In this document: one piece after another, positions 42,925-52,061 of the stretch
How positions within the stretch are numbered: the first letter of the stretch is position 1
Layout: every line of letters begins with the position of its first letter
Source of the DNA: an uncultured virus (IMG/VR IMGVR_UViG_3300009177_000001)
Lineage: Duplodnaviria > Heunggongvirae > Uroviricota > Caudoviricetes
Direction: 5' to 3' (one strand)
Virus record (IMG/VR): IMGVR_UViG_3300009177_000001
DNA length: 64,000 nt
The notes under the pieces: model-generated
The model's input: the letters and a program-made list of their open reading frames with translations, nothing else
Database searches by the model: none
What the model was told of the DNA's origin: nothing
Made by a program: the position numbers and the translations under genes

Positions 42925-44700
42925 ATGGGACAAGACGACGGCACTGGCGGGTTCCTCGGGCCGCAGCTCACTGGCGGCGGTGGCAGCGGCGGCGCCACCG
43001 GCGCGACTGGCGCATCTGGTTCGCCCGGTGGAGCGACGGGGGCTACAGGTGCAGCTGGGGCCACCGGCGCAGGAGCGACCGGCGCCACCGGAGTTCGCGG
43101 CGCCACCGGTGCCACAGGCACGGCGGGAGCTGCTGGTGCGACCGGTGCGACGGGCACCGCGGGAGCTGCAGGCGCCACCGGTGCCACAGGCGTAGGTGCC
43201 ACGGGAGCGACGGGCGTTCAGGGAGCGACAGGCACCGCGGGTACGACTGGCGCCACGGGAGCGACCGGCGCAGGGACAACCGGCGCGACAGGAGCGACAG
43301 GCGCGGGTGGCGCTGCGGGAGCCGCAGGCGCTACCGGTGCGACAGGGGCAGGCACCACCGGAGCGACCGGCGCGACCGGGACAGCCGGCACGGTAGGTGC
43401 GACCGGTGCCACCGGCGCGACAGGATCGGGTGCCACCGGTGCAACGGGCACCGCGGGTACGACCGGTGCCACCGGCGCGACAGGAACTGCAGGTGCCACC
43501 GGCGCGACAGGATCGGGCGCCACCGGACCAACGGGCGCGACGGGGGCGCAAGGCGTGCCAGGTGCGGAGGGAGAAGAGGGCCCGCCAGGTGATGATGGTC
43601 AGCCGGGCCCTCCTGGTGCGAACGGGGCCACCGGTGCGACAGGTGCGGCGGGAGCAACAGGTGCGACGGGGGCGGGCACGACGGGCGCCACCGGTGCAAC
43701 CGGAACCGCGGGAGCTGCTGGCGCTACCGGCGCGACGGGTGCAGGCACGACCGGAGCGACTGGAGCAACAGGCACAGCTGGTACGACGGGCGCCACGGGG
43801 GCTACGGGTGCGGGCACGACGGGCGCGACCGGCGCGACCGGAACCGCAGGGGCCACGGGAGCTACCGGTGAGACGGGCGCGACGGGATCGGGTGCCACGG
43901 GTGCGACGGGCACCCAAGGGGCGACGGGCGCCGGTGGGGGCGCCAGCGGCGCTACGGGGCCGACCGGGGCTACCGGCGCCACGGGTGCCACAGGCGTTCC
44001 GGGCGAGGACGGCGCGGATGGGCCGCCCGGTGACGATGGACCACCCGGAGCACCCGGCGTCAACGGCGCGACGGGTGCCACCGGCACGGCAGGTGCGAAC
44101 GGCGCGACGGGTGCCACTGGATCAGGCACCACTGGTGCGACCGGGGCGACTGGTACCGGTACGACAGGAGCGACCGGAGCCACAGGAACACAGGGGGCCA
44201 CGGGTCCGTCGGGTGGTGGCGGCGGTACCACGCTGCTCGCCGGCGGTGCCGTCTACAACGCGACGGCGATCCCGCAGTTCAACATCGTGCAAGGGACCAA
44301 CTTCCCGGTCCCGTCGATCGGCTTCGCGGTCAGCGACTTCGCGTACTGGGATTTCCCCGCCAAGGCGTACACGAGCGGCGACATCACCGTCGTGATCTAC
44401 TGGTACGCGGCTGCGACGTCCGGGAACGTGCAGTGGTCCGTGGCGCTTGCAGCGATCACCGTGGGAACCGACACGGGTTCCATCGAGGCCAAGGCGTTCG
44501 CGACGGCTACGAACGCGCAGACAGCGACGAACGCAAATGCAAAGGCGGGGGCCAGCACCACGATCACGATCACCGGTGCGTCGCTGGACAGCGTTGCCGG
44601 AAACGACCTCTGCAACATCTTCGTGAAGCGCATCGCGGCATCGGCCAGCGAGATGTCTGGCGATGCCCTGTTCTTGTACGCCACGGTGAGCTGGGCATGA
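42925..44700 (+). CDS. collagen-like (Gly-Ala-Thr) fibre protein with C-terminal beta-rich head
   Basis: About 400 aa of interrupted GXY repeats dominated by GAT, two GPPGDDG islands, about 155 aa globular end. Confidence 0.88.
   Translation: MGQDDGTGGFLGPQLTGGGGSGGATGATGASGSPGGATGATGAAGATGAGATGATGVRGATGATGTAGAAGATGATGTAGAAGATGATGVGATGATGVQGATGTAGTTGATGATGAGTTGATGATGAGGAAGAAGATGATGAGTTGATGATGTAGTVGATGATGATGSGATGATGTAGTTGATGATGTAGATGATGSGATGPTGATGAQGVPGAEGEEGPPGDDGQPGPPGANGATGATGAAGATGATGAGTTGATGATGTAGAAGATGATGAGTTGATGATGTAGTTGATGATGAGTTGATGATGTAGATGATGETGATGSGATGATGTQGATGAGGGASGATGPTGATGATGATGVPGEDGADGPPGDDGPPGAPGVNGATGATGTAGANGATGATGSGTTGATGATGTGTTGATGATGTQGATGPSGGGGGTTLLAGGAVYNATAIPQFNIVQGTNFPVPSIGFAVSDFAYWDFPAKAYTSGDITVVIYWYAAATSGNVQWSVALAAITVGTDTGSIEAKAFATATNAQTATNANAKAGASTTITITGASLDSVAGNDLCNIFVKRIAASASEMSGDALFLYATVSWA
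42990..44210 (+). repeat. degenerate 9-nt coding tandem repeat (GGN GCN ACN)
   Basis: Encodes GAT triplets; third codon positions vary. Confidence 0.85.
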
Positions 44701-45368
44701 GCATTAAGACGAACGGTACCGCTGGATCGCAGCTAACGCTGCTCACGCCCGCTACCGCGCTCGTGGCGACGCACACGTGGATGGGCTGGTTCAAGCAGAC
44801 GGCCGGCGACATACAGGTGCCGGTGAGCTTCGACAGCGGCGGAGGAAGTCTGTTTGAGCAGTTCTACACGAATGGACCCGTCTGGTTCTTCTTCACGGAT
44901 CTGGGCGGTGGCGTGGACAACAGCGTGGGAGGGAGCCCATCGGAATTCACGTTTCTTGCCTTCGCGCGCGTCGGCGATGCATCAACGGGCACGATTGACG
45001 TGTACACGGGTAACGGCGGGGCACTGACAGCCACGAACTTCAGCGTGCACTCCTCGTCGCAAGGCACGGACATGACCCACTTCGGTGTAGGCTCTACGAG
45101 CAGCTTCGCTTTCGACGGCATCGGCGTTGGCATCCGATACTGGAACGGCGTGGCGCTGACGGCTGACGAGATCGGCATAGAGTACCGTCGGCTTTCGCCT
45201 CTCGTTCAGCTCGGAAGCTTGTACCAATATTTGCCGTGCTTGAACAACGCTAGCCCCGGCACCGACATGAGCGGCAGCGGGCACAACGCCACCGTAGTGA
45301 ACACATTCACGACCAACAGGACGATGCCGCCGATTCCGTACGGTACGCCATCGTTGCTGGCAAAATAG
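44697..45368 (+). CDS. LamG/ConA-like beta-sandwich protein
   Basis: [31 protein letters not shown]. Confidence 0.7.
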   Translation: MSIKTNGTAGSQLTLLTPATALVATHTWMGWFKQTAGDIQVPVSFDSGGGSLFEQFYTNGPVWFFFTDLGGGVDNSVGGSPSEFTFLAFARVGDASTGTIDVYTGNGGALTATNFSVHSSSQGTDMTHFGVGSTSSFAFDGIGVGIRYWNGVALTADEIGIEYRRLSPLVQLGSLYQYLPCLNNASPGTDMSGSGHNATVVNTFTTNRTMPPIPYGTPSLLAK

Positions 45369-45383
45369 AAGGAGAAAAGGGAA

Positions 45384-45710
45384 ATGGCTCAGACAGTAGT
45401 TCGATTGGCGGGTCCCGCGCTGGTGACCAACACTGCGGCGACGAAGTACACGGTTCCAGCCGGAACGAAGACCAAGGTGCAGAACATTCACGTGTCGAAC
45501 CCTGGTGGTGGATCGGCCGTGACGTTCACGTGCTCGATCGGGGCGGATGCGGCAGGCACGCGCATCGCTGACGGCATTTCGATCCCGGCCGGCACCGTGT
45601 TCGACATGTACGGGCCCTTCTATCTGAGCGCGGCCGAGATCATCCAGGCACTGGCGGGGACGACCAACATCCTCACCCTGACGATCGACGGCATCGAGTA
45701 TACGCCGTAG
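45384..45710 (+). CDS. small beta-rich virion protein
   Basis: AAGGAG RBS; YTVPAGTKT..NIHVSN..L.A.E.I.A..DGIE. Confidence 0.7.
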   Translation: MAQTVVRLAGPALVTNTAATKYTVPAGTKTKVQNIHVSNPGGGSAVTFTCSIGADAAGTRIADGISIPAGTVFDMYGPFYLSAAEIIQALAGTTNILTLTIDGIEYTP

Positions 45711-45724
45711 CGGCTGGTCTTCCT

Positions 45725-46723
45725 TTGGCGCGCTCCGGAGTAAGGCTGGCTGGTCCAGCCTTGGTTACAACTACGCCGACCACGGTGTACACCGTCCCCA
45801 GCGCGACGAAGACGAACGTCCAGAACATTCACATCTCCAACCCCGGGGGCGGCAGCGCCGTTACGATCACAATATCTATTGGGTCGGATGCGGCCGGAAC
45901 GCGCGTCGTAGCCACGCTGTCGGTCCCGAGCGGAACACCGCGCGACTTCGGCCTGTTCTACATGACCGAAGGCGAGGTGCTGCAGCTCGCGGCGAGCAGC
46001 AATAATGTGCTCAGCGCGATCGTAGATGGGGTGGAGTACAACGTCGGTCTAGGGGTACCGGGGATAGGGGCACACGGCAGTGCGGTTCTAGCTGTCGGTG
46101 AGTCGGCTACGGAAATCGTGTCGTCGTCCATGAACACCCAGTCGAGCGGAAGCGCGATGGTGGTGTGCATCGGAAGGGGCAACATCCTCAACTTCGCGCT
46201 CAGCGGAGCACCGCCGGTAGACAACAAGGGGAATCCTGCATACCCGCAGATAGGTTCCACGGAACCATATGTCCATCCTTTTGAAGACTCAGGCACGGCT
46301 CTGTATGTGCGGACGGGCGCCGCCGGTGGTACAGGCATGCAGGTCAGCGCAATTAGCGGGTTGCAGCCCAACTCCAATTTTGACGAGGTGTCGCTGCTTG
46401 TCCTCGAAGTGCTTCGAGGGAGCAGTGTTCACGACTTTGCGTGGAACGACCCGCAGGATCCGGATCCTATACAAAGCGGGAACGTTACAACGACAGCGCC
46501 TGCGGTTCTGGTGGCGTTCTGGTGGGGTGAAGGCGAGGGCGGGACGGCCACGCCAAACAACGGGTTTACTGTGCTGGAGGAGATCGACGTGATCCCGGGT
46601 GAGAGCAAGATCCAGTGCGTGATGGCCGCGAAGGTTGTTAGCACCCCCGGAACGTACAATGTCACTTGGACGCCCACGCTTACAGAGTCGGGTGCGCAGC
46701 TCTGGTTGGTAGCTATTCAGTAG
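45725..46723 (+). CDS. paralogue of the preceding protein with an extra C-terminal beta domain
   Basis: First ~105 aa align with 45384..45710; lower GC; TTG start. Confidence 0.7.
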   Translation: MARSGVRLAGPALVTTTPTTVYTVPSATKTNVQNIHISNPGGGSAVTITISIGSDAAGTRVVATLSVPSGTPRDFGLFYMTEGEVLQLAASSNNVLSAIVDGVEYNVGLGVPGIGAHGSAVLAVGESATEIVSSSMNTQSSGSAMVVCIGRGNILNFALSGAPPVDNKGNPAYPQIGSTEPYVHPFEDSGTALYVRTGAAGGTGMQVSAISGLQPNSNFDEVSLLVLEVLRGSSVHDFAWNDPQDPDPIQSGNVTTTAPAVLVAFWWGEGEGGTATPNNGFTVLEEIDVIPGESKIQCVMAAKVVSTPGTYNVTWTPTLTESGAQLWLVAIQ

Positions 46724-46734
46724 GCCGCGGAGCG

Positions 46735-47541
46735 CTACTTCAGGAACAGCTCGGCCAGCTCCTTGCCGCTGCCGCCCTTCGTAATCCACTTGAGGATCGC
46801 TTTCTCGCGCGGCGTGGTGTGGGCCACCACTTGATCGGCGAAATCGCTGACCTGCTTCGCGCTCGGCCGCGTGGCCTTTCCGCGTTTCTTCTTCTCCCGC
46901 GGCTTGGACGTGTCGAGCTTGAGGTAGCGGTTGATCGAGGCTACGGAGAGGTTCATCTCGGCGGCGATGTCAGGAGTCGCCCAGCCAAGCTCGGCGAGCC
47001 GCTTGGCCTGGTCCGCCTGAACGACCACCGTGTCTTCACCGCGCCGCCACACCTGCGCGGAGACCTTGAGCCCGAACGCCTTCGCCTCCGTCATGCCCTT
47101 GGCTTCGGTGCGCACCACGCCGGGAATCTTCACGCCCTTCGGCGCTAGCGTCATGACACGCTTGAGCATGTCCGCGTCGTTCTCGATCGCCTCGATGGCG
47201 GCACGAACACTCTTCAGCGGCCCGTCGTATTTGTGCGCGCCGACGACGTGATCGATCACGGCTGCACGCTTGGCGCGCGTGTGCCCGTCCGTGATGATCT
47301 CATCCTTGCGTCCGTCGGTCGTTTTGCGCACGAACACGATGATGGGCTGGATCACGCCGTGCAGTGCTGTGTTCAGCACCCCACCGAGCACGATGGGCTC
47401 GTCGACGTGCTTGTCGTAGAGCTTGTCTGCCGGATCTGTGATGAACACCAGCTCGTGTGCCGAGTAGGCGTGAACGCCTCCGTACTTGGGGCGCTCAACA
47501 GAGTTTCTCCACTTGCGTTCGTCCTTGCGCTCTTTGGTCAT
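46735..47541 (-). CDS. ParB/Srx-like protein with HTH
   Basis: GVIQPIIV..ITDGHTR; IAAEMNLSVASINRYLKL; AAGGAG RBS. Confidence 0.75.
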   Translation of the reverse strand: MTKERKDERKWRNSVERPKYGGVHAYSAHELVFITDPADKLYDKHVDEPIVLGGVLNTALHGVIQPIIVFVRKTTDGRKDEIITDGHTRAKRAAVIDHVVGAHKYDGPLKSVRAAIEAIENDADMLKRVMTLAPKGVKIPGVVRTEAKGMTEAKAFGLKVSAQVWRRGEDTVVVQADQAKRLAELGWATPDIAAEMNLSVASINRYLKLDTSKPREKKKRGKATRPSAKQVSDFADQVVAHTTPREKAILKWITKGGSGKELAELFLK

Positions 47542-47912
47542 GATTCGGTCTTCTCCTTTGTCCTGTCCGGAACGAGAATGTCGGCGGCACGCTCGGCGCG
47601 CCGCTCGAACAGATTGATAACGGCTTTTGACGCCCGCAAAAGCGAGGCCAGCACGGGCTCGATGCCGTCGTGCGGGGACCAGCTTTCGCTGTGCACGACG
47701 ATCTTGCTGTTTTCGCAGACGTTCCAGAACGTGAGTAACCCGCGGTCCACGACTTCGGCTGTCACTGCGCCAGCGGCTAGCTTCCAGCGGTACGACCCCG
47801 ACAGCTCACGGTGGTGCGTCCACGACACACCGTGTGCCGCCAGGTCACGCTTCATGGCCCAGATGCGGATCTTCGCGCGGCGGAGCTGACGCTGTGCTCG
47901 ACGGTCGGTCAC
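47538..47912 (-). CDS. hypothetical protein
   Basis: Fills the gap; ATGA overlap with the ParB-like gene. Confidence 0.45.
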   Translation of the reverse strand: MTDRRAQRQLRRAKIRIWAMKRDLAAHGVSWTHHRELSGSYRWKLAAGAVTAEVVDRGLLTFWNVCENSKIVVHSESWSPHDGIEPVLASLLRASKAVINLFERRAERAADILVPDRTKEKTES

Positions 47913-47914
47913 GG

Positions 47915-48283
47915 TCAGAGCTTTACTTTCGGCGAGTGCGGCCACGGCACGCCCGGAGGCAGCGGTGGGATCTGGGCCGGCGGCGTGGTGTACCCAACCA
48001 CTCCTGTTGCACCGACGATCCCACCGACGCCAGTCGCTCCGGTAGCTGGCGGATTTTCCGTGAGCAGCGCGATCGCTGCGCGTGCTGCACGCACCGACTC
48101 CGAGTCGAATAGGTGGTGCCCGTGTAGCCACGTGACGTCGTGGGTGGCCAGGTAAAACGTGCCGCCCATGTCTAAGACGGTGAACCCGGTTAGCATGCTC
48201 GTCTCCACCGTGGTCAGCACGACAGAGTTTTGGCGAACGATCGTAACGGGCTCGCCAGGACGCAGCGGCATCTCGGATGTCAT
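47915..48283 (-). CDS. GDP-TWIRG family member 10, with GATG/Pro-rich tail
   Basis: LRPGEPVTIV ... DVTWLHGHHLFDSESVRAARAAIAL. Confidence 0.78.
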   Translation of the reverse strand: MTSEMPLRPGEPVTIVRQNSVVLTTVETSMLTGFTVLDMGGTFYLATHDVTWLHGHHLFDSESVRAARAAIALLTENPPATGATGVGGIVGATGVVGYTTPPAQIPPLPPGVPWPHSPKVKL

Positions 48284-48465
48284 GGCTTCTTGGTCGTGAT
48301 GTTCGTGAAGAAGCGCGTGTGGTCGAGGTTGATGTTCATGCCACGCTCGCACTGTGCTGCGTGGCCCTCCGATTTGAATGGCCCCATGCGCTTCTCCACC
48401 TTGCGCGTCTTGATGTCGCGGATCTCGACGTAGAACTCTTTCGGTGCTCGCTTGCCCATCTGCAT
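48280..48465 (-). CDS. small hypothetical protein
   Basis: Coupled at both ends. Confidence 0.55.
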   Translation of the reverse strand: MQMGKRAPKEFYVEIRDIKTRKVEKRMGPFKSEGHAAQCERGMNINLDHTRFFTNITTKKP

Positions 48466-48725
48466 CAGCCCTTCTTCAATGACTTCGCCGCCAGCGCAGC
48501 GCGGATCGGTTCCGATTCGAACGTGTGGTGCCCTTTCACCCAGGTTGCGCCCTCACGATTCAAGTACAGCTCCATCTCGTGCGTCTCTTTGGCGTAGCCA
48601 GTGACGGTGAAACGCTCGCGGTAGCTGATGTCCACTTCCGTTAGCAGTAGCGCTTTGCCGCCGTTGATGAGCAGCGTGACCCGAGCACCTGGCAGCATCG
48701 GCTCCGGTTCTTCTTTGTCCGCCAT
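48465..48725 (-). CDS. GDP-TWIRG family member 11
   Basis: LPGARVTL ... REGATWVKGHHTFESEPIRAALAAKSL. Confidence 0.78.
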   Translation of the reverse strand: MADKEEPEPMLPGARVTLLINGGKALLLTEVDISYRERFTVTGYAKETHEMELYLNREGATWVKGHHTFESEPIRAALAAKSLKKG

Positions 48726-48729
48726 TCCT

Positions 48730-49125
48730 TCAGCCCGTACGAACCCAAACGCCGGCGGCTTCCCGCCGCGCGAGACCGCGGCGCTTCAGATCGGACAGAT
48801 AGGACGACAGGCTGCCCGCGTTGACGCCCGTGTCCTTTACGATCTGCGCGATCGCTTTCGGTTCCCGGATCGCCGTCAGCACCTTGAACAAGTCCGACGC
48901 GGGATTGATGCCGTCGATTTTCTGCGCTTGCGCGGGCTTCGGCGGCTCCAAACAGGTCGCCAGGTCGTTGCGGGCCGCCGCTAGGTCGATGCCAGCGGCC
49001 TTCAGCTCCTCCTCTGCTTTGGCGAACGCCAGCTGTGCAGCGTTCACGCGGATTTGAGCGGCATCGACTGCGCGCGCTGCCTGAACGATTGGGGCTTCTT
49101 CCGTTTCTTCTTTTCCGTTGTCCAT
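48730..49125 (-). CDS. coiled-coil plus winged-helix DNA-binding protein
   Basis: IAQIVKDTGVNAGSLSSYLSDLKRRGLA..GVW. Confidence 0.7.
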   Translation of the reverse strand: MDNGKEETEEAPIVQAARAVDAAQIRVNAAQLAFAKAEEELKAAGIDLAAARNDLATCLEPPKPAQAQKIDGINPASDLFKVLTAIREPKAIAQIVKDTGVNAGSLSSYLSDLKRRGLARREAAGVWVRTG

Positions 49126-49151
49126 GTGGCTTCTCCCTCTTGTTGTGCGGA

Positions 49152-49853
49152 TTACTCGTCCTCGTCGAACGCCTTGTTCACTTTTGCGCGCGCCGCTTCA
49201 GTCGCGTGCATGTAACCAAACGTGGTTGCTAGATCCTTGTGGCCCACGCGCTCTTGAATCTCGGGCGGCAGCAGCCCGGTGTTCAGCATGTGCGTGACCG
49301 CCGAGTGCCGCAGCACGTGCGGGAAGTGGAACTCGGGCGGGATCCCAGCGCGCTTGAACACGGCCACGATGATGTGGCGCATCTCGTGCCGCGACATCCC
49401 CCAGCGCGTGCCCATCGCGTGGCAGTGCGGGCACGGGATCACGCGTGCGCTGCCGTCCTTGCGCCGGGACTTCTGCGTTACCGTGCGCGTGCCCTTGCAG
49501 GGGTAGCACGTCGTCGGATTCGCGCTCGGGAACACGTATGCGCGCTGCGCTTCGTCCTTGAAGATGCGGAGCGGCAGCCACGTCTTGAGCGCGTCGAGAC
49601 ACGTTCGCGACAGCGGCATGGGCTCCGGTTCGAGGCCGCCCTTCAGGTGCGTGAGGCTCACCGTGCCGTTGTGCAGGTCGAGATCGTCGAGCCGCGTGAG
49701 CCCTGGTTCGCTGGCACGTTGGGCGTTCGTGAAGACGAACTCGACGACGGCGTGGTCACGCGGATTCTCTCTACCTGCGGCGCGGATGGCACGCAGGTAC
49801 TCGATGCCGAGCACCGCGCGCTTCTTTCGTTTCTTTTGCTTGCGTTTGGTCAC
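49152..49853 (-). CDS. tyrosine recombinase, catalytic domain only, with zinc-finger insertion
   Basis: QRASE, LKG, HVLRHS, VGH, TTFGY give the R-K-H-R-H-Y set; CYPC..CPHC insert. Confidence 0.9.
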   Translation of the reverse strand: MTKRKQKKRKKRAVLGIEYLRAIRAAGRENPRDHAVVEFVFTNAQRASEPGLTRLDDLDLHNGTVSLTHLKGGLEPEPMPLSRTCLDALKTWLPLRIFKDEAQRAYVFPSANPTTCYPCKGTRTVTQKSRRKDGSARVIPCPHCHAMGTRWGMSRHEMRHIIVAVFKRAGIPPEFHFPHVLRHSAVTHMLNTGLLPPEIQERVGHKDLATTFGYMHATEAARAKVNKAFDEDE

Positions 49854-50224
49854 CGCGGTTCCATTTCGATGGTCAGTCCGTCAGCAGCGAGGCGAAACCG
49901 GTCGGTGCTCACCACGAACTCCGGCGCCACCCTCCTAATGAACGCGTTGCAGTGCTTGCAGCCGTCGTGCTCGCAGCGCTCCATTTCGCCTGGAACAAGC
50001 AGCGCAAATCGCGCGAGACGGCCCTTCGGGACCGTGATCTCAAGCTCGTCGTACTCGGCCTGCATGTCCTGCTCTTCCGTCCACGGACCGCGCAACGTGC
50101 GCTGAACAGCTCGGCGAACGAAAGCAGAGACCGGCATGCTGAGCTGGTGTGCCGCTGCGCGTACGACGGCGTGCTCGCGGTCCGACACCATTGCGCAGAC
50201 AGTGCGCGGTTGCTTGTACGGCAT
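49850..50224 (-). CDS. RHH-like protein
   Basis: VSDREHAVVRAAA..MPVSAFVRRAV. Confidence 0.6.
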   Translation of the reverse strand: MPYKQPRTVCAMVSDREHAVVRAAAHQLSMPVSAFVRRAVQRTLRGPWTEEQDMQAEYDELEITVPKGRLARFALLVPGEMERCEHDGCKHCNAFIRRVAPEFVVSTDRFRLAADGLTIEMEPR

Positions 50225-50496
50225 CAGCGCACCACCGGCTTTCGCACCTGCCGCTTCGACCACGGCCGCCGCCACATGATGCCGTCACCGATGATCGCGC
50301 GTCCGAGCTTGCGGTCGGTCTCGCTGAGAAAGCCTTCCGGCACGGCGGCGAGCGGCACGGTCTTGCGCTCGCAGTCACCGCAGCACGAGTGCGGGTGCGT
50401 GGACTTGTTCTGCCGACAGATCCCGGTGCCGTCGCAGTCCTCGCACGGCACACGCCAGTACGTGAGGCGAATCCAAAGGCGGCGAAGGCGGTTCAC
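50224..50496 (-). CDS. Cys-rich hypothetical protein
   Basis: CEDCDGTG; coupled at both ends. Confidence 0.5.
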   Translation of the reverse strand: MNRLRRLWIRLTYWRVPCEDCDGTGICRQNKSTHPHSCCGDCERKTVPLAAVPEGFLSETDRKLGRAIIGDGIMWRRPWSKRQVRKPVVR

Positions 50497-51044
50497 TTGA
50501 CCGTGCTCCAGTCGATTCGCGCGGTGACTTCGCTAGCTGCCGCTGCAGCTCGCGTGTCGCTGTCTGCTTTTGCTTGCGCCACGGGGCCCGCGCACGTCTT
50601 GCAGATCAGCGCGTACTTGTTGTCCGGCCACGGCTTGCCGTTGCTGATGGTCGTCCAGCCATCGAAAATCGGGCTGCGGATGGCCTCACCAATGTGCAGC
50701 GCTGCCCTGTACCGCTTATGTGCCCCTTCGAGATCCACGGTCGGCACGTATGTGGTCCCGCAGGCCGCACACGTGTCGGTCGGGATCTTGATCGCGATGA
50801 GGAGGTAGCCGTCGGCCACCTCGGCGCTGAAGCCCTCTGCGCTGTACTTCAGGCCACATAGTGCGTGCAGCTCCGCTTGAAATTCGGGATCGGTCAGCAC
50901 TTCGGCTGCCTCACGCCGGTACATGTTTCGCACCAACGCGAGTTCTCGCATGGTTTCGCTTGCGTGCGGGTTGGCCCCTACTATCGTGATGATCTTCTCG
51001 GCACGCGCCTTGAGAGCCTGCGCCGCTATCGCCAGAACGTTCAC
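50493..51044 (-). CDS. hypothetical protein
   Basis: AAGGAG RBS; GTGA overlaps. Confidence 0.55.
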   Translation of the reverse strand: MNVLAIAAQALKARAEKIITIVGANPHASETMRELALVRNMYRREAAEVLTDPEFQAELHALCGLKYSAEGFSAEVADGYLLIAIKIPTDTCAACGTTYVPTVDLEGAHKRYRAALHIGEAIRSPIFDGWTTISNGKPWPDNKYALICKTCAGPVAQAKADSDTRAAAAASEVTARIDWSTVK

Positions 51045-51634
51045 GGCTTCTCTCCTTTGTGCACCCACTCGACGAGCGCCGCGCCTGCGGGCTCGTCAGG
51101 CGCTACGCACTTCCGCAGCGCCGCCAGCGCCTCCTGCCACGTGCGGTGCGCATACGTCTTCCGCACTTCCAGTGGTTCTTCGCGCTCGGAGTAGCGCCAC
51201 GTACCATCGTGCTTGAGCACGAGCGGTCCGAGCTTCACGTAGTGCCAGCGGTTGACGCCGAGCCACTCGCCGAAGCCGTCAGGGGAGAACTGCGTGACGA
51301 GGCCAGACTCCACCGTGGCAGCTGCAGCTGCGATCCCGCGCCAGTAGCTCGTGTGATCGAGGAGTGCCTTCGCCTCGACACCGTTGAGCGTGACCTCGCG
51401 GCCGAAGTCCTTCGCGTCTTCGAGCGCGCCGAGCAGTCGCGGCATGTCCGCACGCTCGACTGCACGCGCGTCGCCGTCCTTCCAGTAGAGGAACGTGGAG
51501 ACCGTGCGGCACTCCGCTTGGTGCTCCTCCTGCTTGTGCCCTGCATCGAGCAGGCACCTGGCGGCGTCGTAGTGCGCGTTTTTGGGCAGTGGCGTGGTGC
51601 CCGGTAGCGTGGCGGAGCATCGGTTGACTTTCAC
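51041..51634 (-). CDS. hypothetical protein
   Basis: GTGA overlaps. Confidence 0.55.
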   Translation of the reverse strand: MKVNRCSATLPGTTPLPKNAHYDAARCLLDAGHKQEEHQAECRTVSTFLYWKDGDARAVERADMPRLLGALEDAKDFGREVTLNGVEAKALLDHTSYWRGIAAAAATVESGLVTQFSPDGFGEWLGVNRWHYVKLGPLVLKHDGTWRYSEREEPLEVRKTYAHRTWQEALAALRKCVAPDEPAGAALVEWVHKGEKP

Positions 51635-52059
51635 GGCCTCTTCTTCGCTTTCTGCCGCGCCTGCACGGCTGCGATCGCGTCGTTCAGCTCCCTCGTGCAC
51701 GCCGGGCAGGTCAGCTTGCCGTCGACGTCCGTCCAGCCCTTCACCGGGTACCGGTCGCGCTCCTGCCGTGTGTTCTCCGCCGCGGGAACCACGAGTCGTT
51801 CGTGATCGTGGTTCGCGAGAATGAAGGTGCCAGCGTCTGCGTCAGGCAGCGGCGGGCGTTCTCCGCACGCGCAGATCCAGTACGGCTTATCCACCGGGCG
51901 GCTGATCGGCACCTCGACCGACAACACGAGTGTCTGCGTGATGCGCACGATCGTGGTCGCGGCGTCCTTCTCGGCCAGCACGGTTACCACGGCTGGCGTG
52001 CGCTCGACCTTCGTGCCACCGTGCCCGAGTTTTATGTAATCTCCAGACCATACGGGCAT
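51631..52059 (-). CDS. hypothetical protein
   Basis: GGAGGA RBS; CAC..CPAC. Confidence 0.55.
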   Translation of the reverse strand: MPVWSGDYIKLGHGGTKVERTPAVVTVLAEKDAATTIVRITQTLVLSVEVPISRPVDKPYWICACGERPPLPDADAGTFILANHDHERLVVPAAENTRQERDRYPVKGWTDVDGKLTCPACTRELNDAIAAVQARQKAKKRP

Positions 52060-52061
52060 GA

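Noticed and set aside
43218..44231. Pro-Val-Ala repeat proteins on the - strand
   Set aside because: Antisense reading of the Gly-Ala-Thr repeats.
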